Shown here: positions 63,401 to 64,000 of the stretch, piece after piece
How the letters are laid out: each line of letters begins with the position of its first letter
How positions within the stretch are numbered: the first letter of the stretch is position 1
Source of the DNA: Tetramitus jugosus
Taxonomy: Eukaryota > Protista > Heterolobosea
DNA length: 64,000 nt
Direction of reading: 5' to 3'
Assembly (NCBI GenBank): GCA_937625935.1
Contig: OW569383.1
Coordinates: forward strand, 186,001 to 250,000
Made by a program: the position numbers and the translations under genes
The notes under the pieces: generated by a model
What the model saw: the letters and a program-made list of their open reading frames with translations, nothing else
The model's database searches: none
What the model was told of the DNA's origin: nothing

Positions 63401-64000
63401 TTTGAGCTGCAATAATGATGTTTCCAATTGTATCAACGGTGATCAATCTTCCACTCTCAGTCAGTCCCATGCTTCCAAAGGTTTCACATATCACCGTACT
63501 ACCAATTGGATATGAAATTTTACACACAAAACCATCTGAGAGAAGAAGGTCACTCGACGATATCGTGGTTTGTCCGAGTATGTTGACAGTGCCGAAAACT
63601 TTACCCGTAACTACCAGGAAGTCAGATGATCGACCATTAATTCCATAGATTTCTAAAGAACCTGAAGATGAATTGCTAAAGATTCTTCCTTTTAGAGAAT
63701 CTGAATAATCATATAACCGAGTCCCATCGAATGAAAGACTGTAATGAGAGTCCGGCTGTTTGGAAGTCACAAGAGGTGCCTTATCACCATATTGCTGAAC
63801 CTCAATTATTGTTTTTTGATTTAAGTCCACGAGAACATAGAAACTGGTTGAGTTAGTAGTTGGGCTCATTACCTTTCCACCCATAGTAACTGAGCTCTCA
63901 GTGCTGAGACCTAACCCCATAGTACCGTTGTGAACCGCCAGATTCATACCAACATTTTTTCCCCCTCCAACACTGGAAGCAATCTCTTCTATGAGGTTGG
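57453..64000 (-). CDS. Giant receptor: beta-helix repeats, fibrinogen C domain, EGF, REJ/PKD, GAIN/GPS, 7TM, RGS (5' end outside window)
   Basis: Frame open to window edge; QRR..F..GW..YEDGFG...FFLGL..GWWFGNC; CSGKGYC..CVC..GFSGLDC; C..W..GC..TCHCSHTTSFS; 7 hydrophobic helices; KEFALENI..NLPS..DTFTRF. Confidence 0.9.
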   Translation of the reverse strand, partial: NLIEEIASSVGGGKNVGMNLAVHNGTMGLGLSTESSVTMGGKVMSPTTNSTSFYVLVDLNQKTIIEVQQYGDKAPLVTSKQPDSHYSLSFDGTRLYDYSDSLKGRIFSNSSSGSLEIYGINGRSSDFLVVTGKVFGTVNILGQTTISSSDLLLSDGFVCKISYPIGSTVICETFGSMGLTESGRLITVDTIGNIIIAAQTSFSNSLWSGIVLPSGYGNLIVSLGTMSNTSIILSQHIVMSTNLETNYRYLINRPIKVTNNSLAGYPGAELIFSGNGALSLLNATLHMQGSLTSHTHIRSLNAVSQPKITSNSSQILLVYVVCGKGITLQTREGRSLVISYSRFEEVDEYAIQTQDTENVEIKYSNMSSNNSSVNPIIYIKATGSSSTTDINDNLFQIDGNAPIMEVVSKNSASVSITKNQFVGMGTGVKVDSEHGQLSITGNRFANLGDPLNVKTKADVGTVNNNEFTECTGAVTINKQSEGQFYIQKNTFQRNNASCILSFETVNCSQPILIESNIFSNNLIFNQVVSLKFPTIGCVLSDFRNNKIADNTILPGFNQLVDVTGGVKIHRNYFQFKSGSFVLNNRGSSVVNAQFNFWGTIDPVQVRMASGNPSSTLRNISSIYGPYLNQNGDVIEVDFFTNSEKRNIVDCQSVREIWPDAPSAVYRINPFCQSMLVLCRMTVQTFTVLQRRQYRDASFNVGWTKYEDGFGSLDGDFFLGLKKFSLLNRVANYTVIDYWTSHFDRTSTFGSMKIGSSDTDYALTINTNALSYTNVPFGTADHSSDSVTLACATQHLSGWWFGNCSSPSSWNLNAIMYSVVSLVKVRNVTGIVVTDWKLASAAENRNLMVCDSPITCFNIPQNSSDVCSGKGYCSGVDTCVCNPGFSGLDCSPITVSIGTSTSIQFCNNIEFTTYTSKFNSSYTYVWSMYNDDGMKPGVGEYLSSQTSRNIILPARYFGFSSNIIQVKVIHDGITIGQARTGFIIPKPVVDSKNIDVGDSQLYLRQFEVYPLVLRTKNLPVCASETKKWTVNGREYQTLENSVTIDFVPTLSETLYITLALFSSIVQTNVSVTVVPARPVTIISGGNRMVTAFHNHTIDASKSYDITVSNNVTSRFYWSCVGCKNFMSSNRSTVLFNEDVGIYTLSVIYYPDSLVPSRKASSQVTLTVIDDLSDMPIPEISTTLPDLLDARNKLRIEPSVSKNRPNHLLDYEWIVLRKEKNEITVISGSSYNVVPLVLSQGFLKPNSSYVFTYRVRYRNFTNKGEVSVSAKTASASLIQVLSCSPCNGTALQTQFEFSIGATDLIEYYPLQYSFSYLDPSSKRYIPLQTISNSPTIQTILPNLNSKHIIVQGTVTNFFGIESIAQLNISLTDIDTTNILQDLISNLNDQSSNDILTSITGSLSTTKMNNESEKIVGSVLSFMSDRLDRETKNSSISISSATININAIETLTKLTTASMTLNVTSSSHLLVDKIIDLCAQGNLELRDSTTDSLARAVSNLMVRYDSEGTHQSNPMISTISKISAWVASSKWISENQTNIVTDTYQLSVKKETGDTIRGTDIYTNDVQVTIPRNISVLSSEQVYVVQSVSFNHIFNPYLLTSSNFSTPVVDFEIKQGETKVKLMDLDYPLEIVLNKEVEKENSSFRFECRFMDENTNSSWFTDGCWLYKEDEKSVTCHCSHTTSFSAMIIYDPKAPNKASDGLYITSIIVNSFFALICIVLLVMSIVWKRKQPIKSRFLAPYIGLGAIIVECVLNGIIRNSLLIAANSEKDYRGINSIAYLILTIVNPVVLLSLFIYFWQMLRYFFLKNLYAIMDVEKRNLKKIRFLKMLSSKLVYVVLGSLVFAASCTYFVVISILEATNVIKANAASTVNALSFSLMSLLLGALIVATFIWDCTIILSRKLFRRELKKMSEGNADVEYLKRIVWTFVNHFKSDDPLMFRIESVFMVSAMIVMTVSYIVGISDRFDSRASPNSAAKIIEFLFDILYISLRIMAFGGLSTLVRFIQRVKLHREHEDYSRLKQYMSELKTGTSTIESQLQNMLRDEYGYLAISTYAKKEFALENIILWKRLEDVRSESMTSPAEKRKKYLQDLYDDCIARGSPYECNLPSKVVKNYRKVLAQQDDITAADAEEVFLGVSNEVLVNICDTFTRFSVSPEYAHYQHVRGMSKELHDRNFNSDTSSRSQ

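Noticed and set aside
1-64000. Transposases, integrases, CRISPR arrays, rRNA, operons
   Set aside because: None recognised; most remaining short ORFs in the track are antisense or shadow frames of the listed genes

Overview
Gene-dense eukaryotic (protist) genomic DNA, not prokaryotic. It holds about 35 protein genes, short GT-AG introns (66-420 nt, mostly with CTRAC-type branch points), spacers often under 150 nt, and one intron-containing tRNA-Glu(UUC). The EGF motif style and the 7TM-RGS receptor suggest a heterolobosean (Naegleria/Acrasis-like) amoeba; this is inference. Recognisable genes: YAK1-type kinase (5' end outside window), PH protein, MED6, a 4-exon Drp1/Dnm1-like dynamin, a divergent PCNA paralogue, CUE-PARP, WS/DGAT, GH17, UBL-UBA, F-box/LRR, erythromycin-esterase family, PqaA/AprA family, a probably mitochondrial Trbp111/CsaA-type OB-fold, two metallophosphoesterases, ThrE-family transporter, MRH protein, BORCS5, DPH7, UvrD/Srs2, subtilase, COQ9, HisRS, RECQL4-like, an E2-like/LRR/RRM fusion, SDR, an ISG12/IFI27 homologue and a giant fibrinogen-EGF-REJ-GAIN-7TM-RGS receptor (5' end outside window). 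The most striking signal is non-coding. Dynamin introns 2 and 3 carry two duplicated 'selector' elements and two complementary 'docking' elements. By manual pairing, these can form mutually exclusive duplexes around an in-frame 393-nt exon that encodes most of the insert-B region with its FLxxFFG motif. This is a candidate RNA-structure splicing switch. All splice models and pairings were worked out by hand; no database search or folding program was run.
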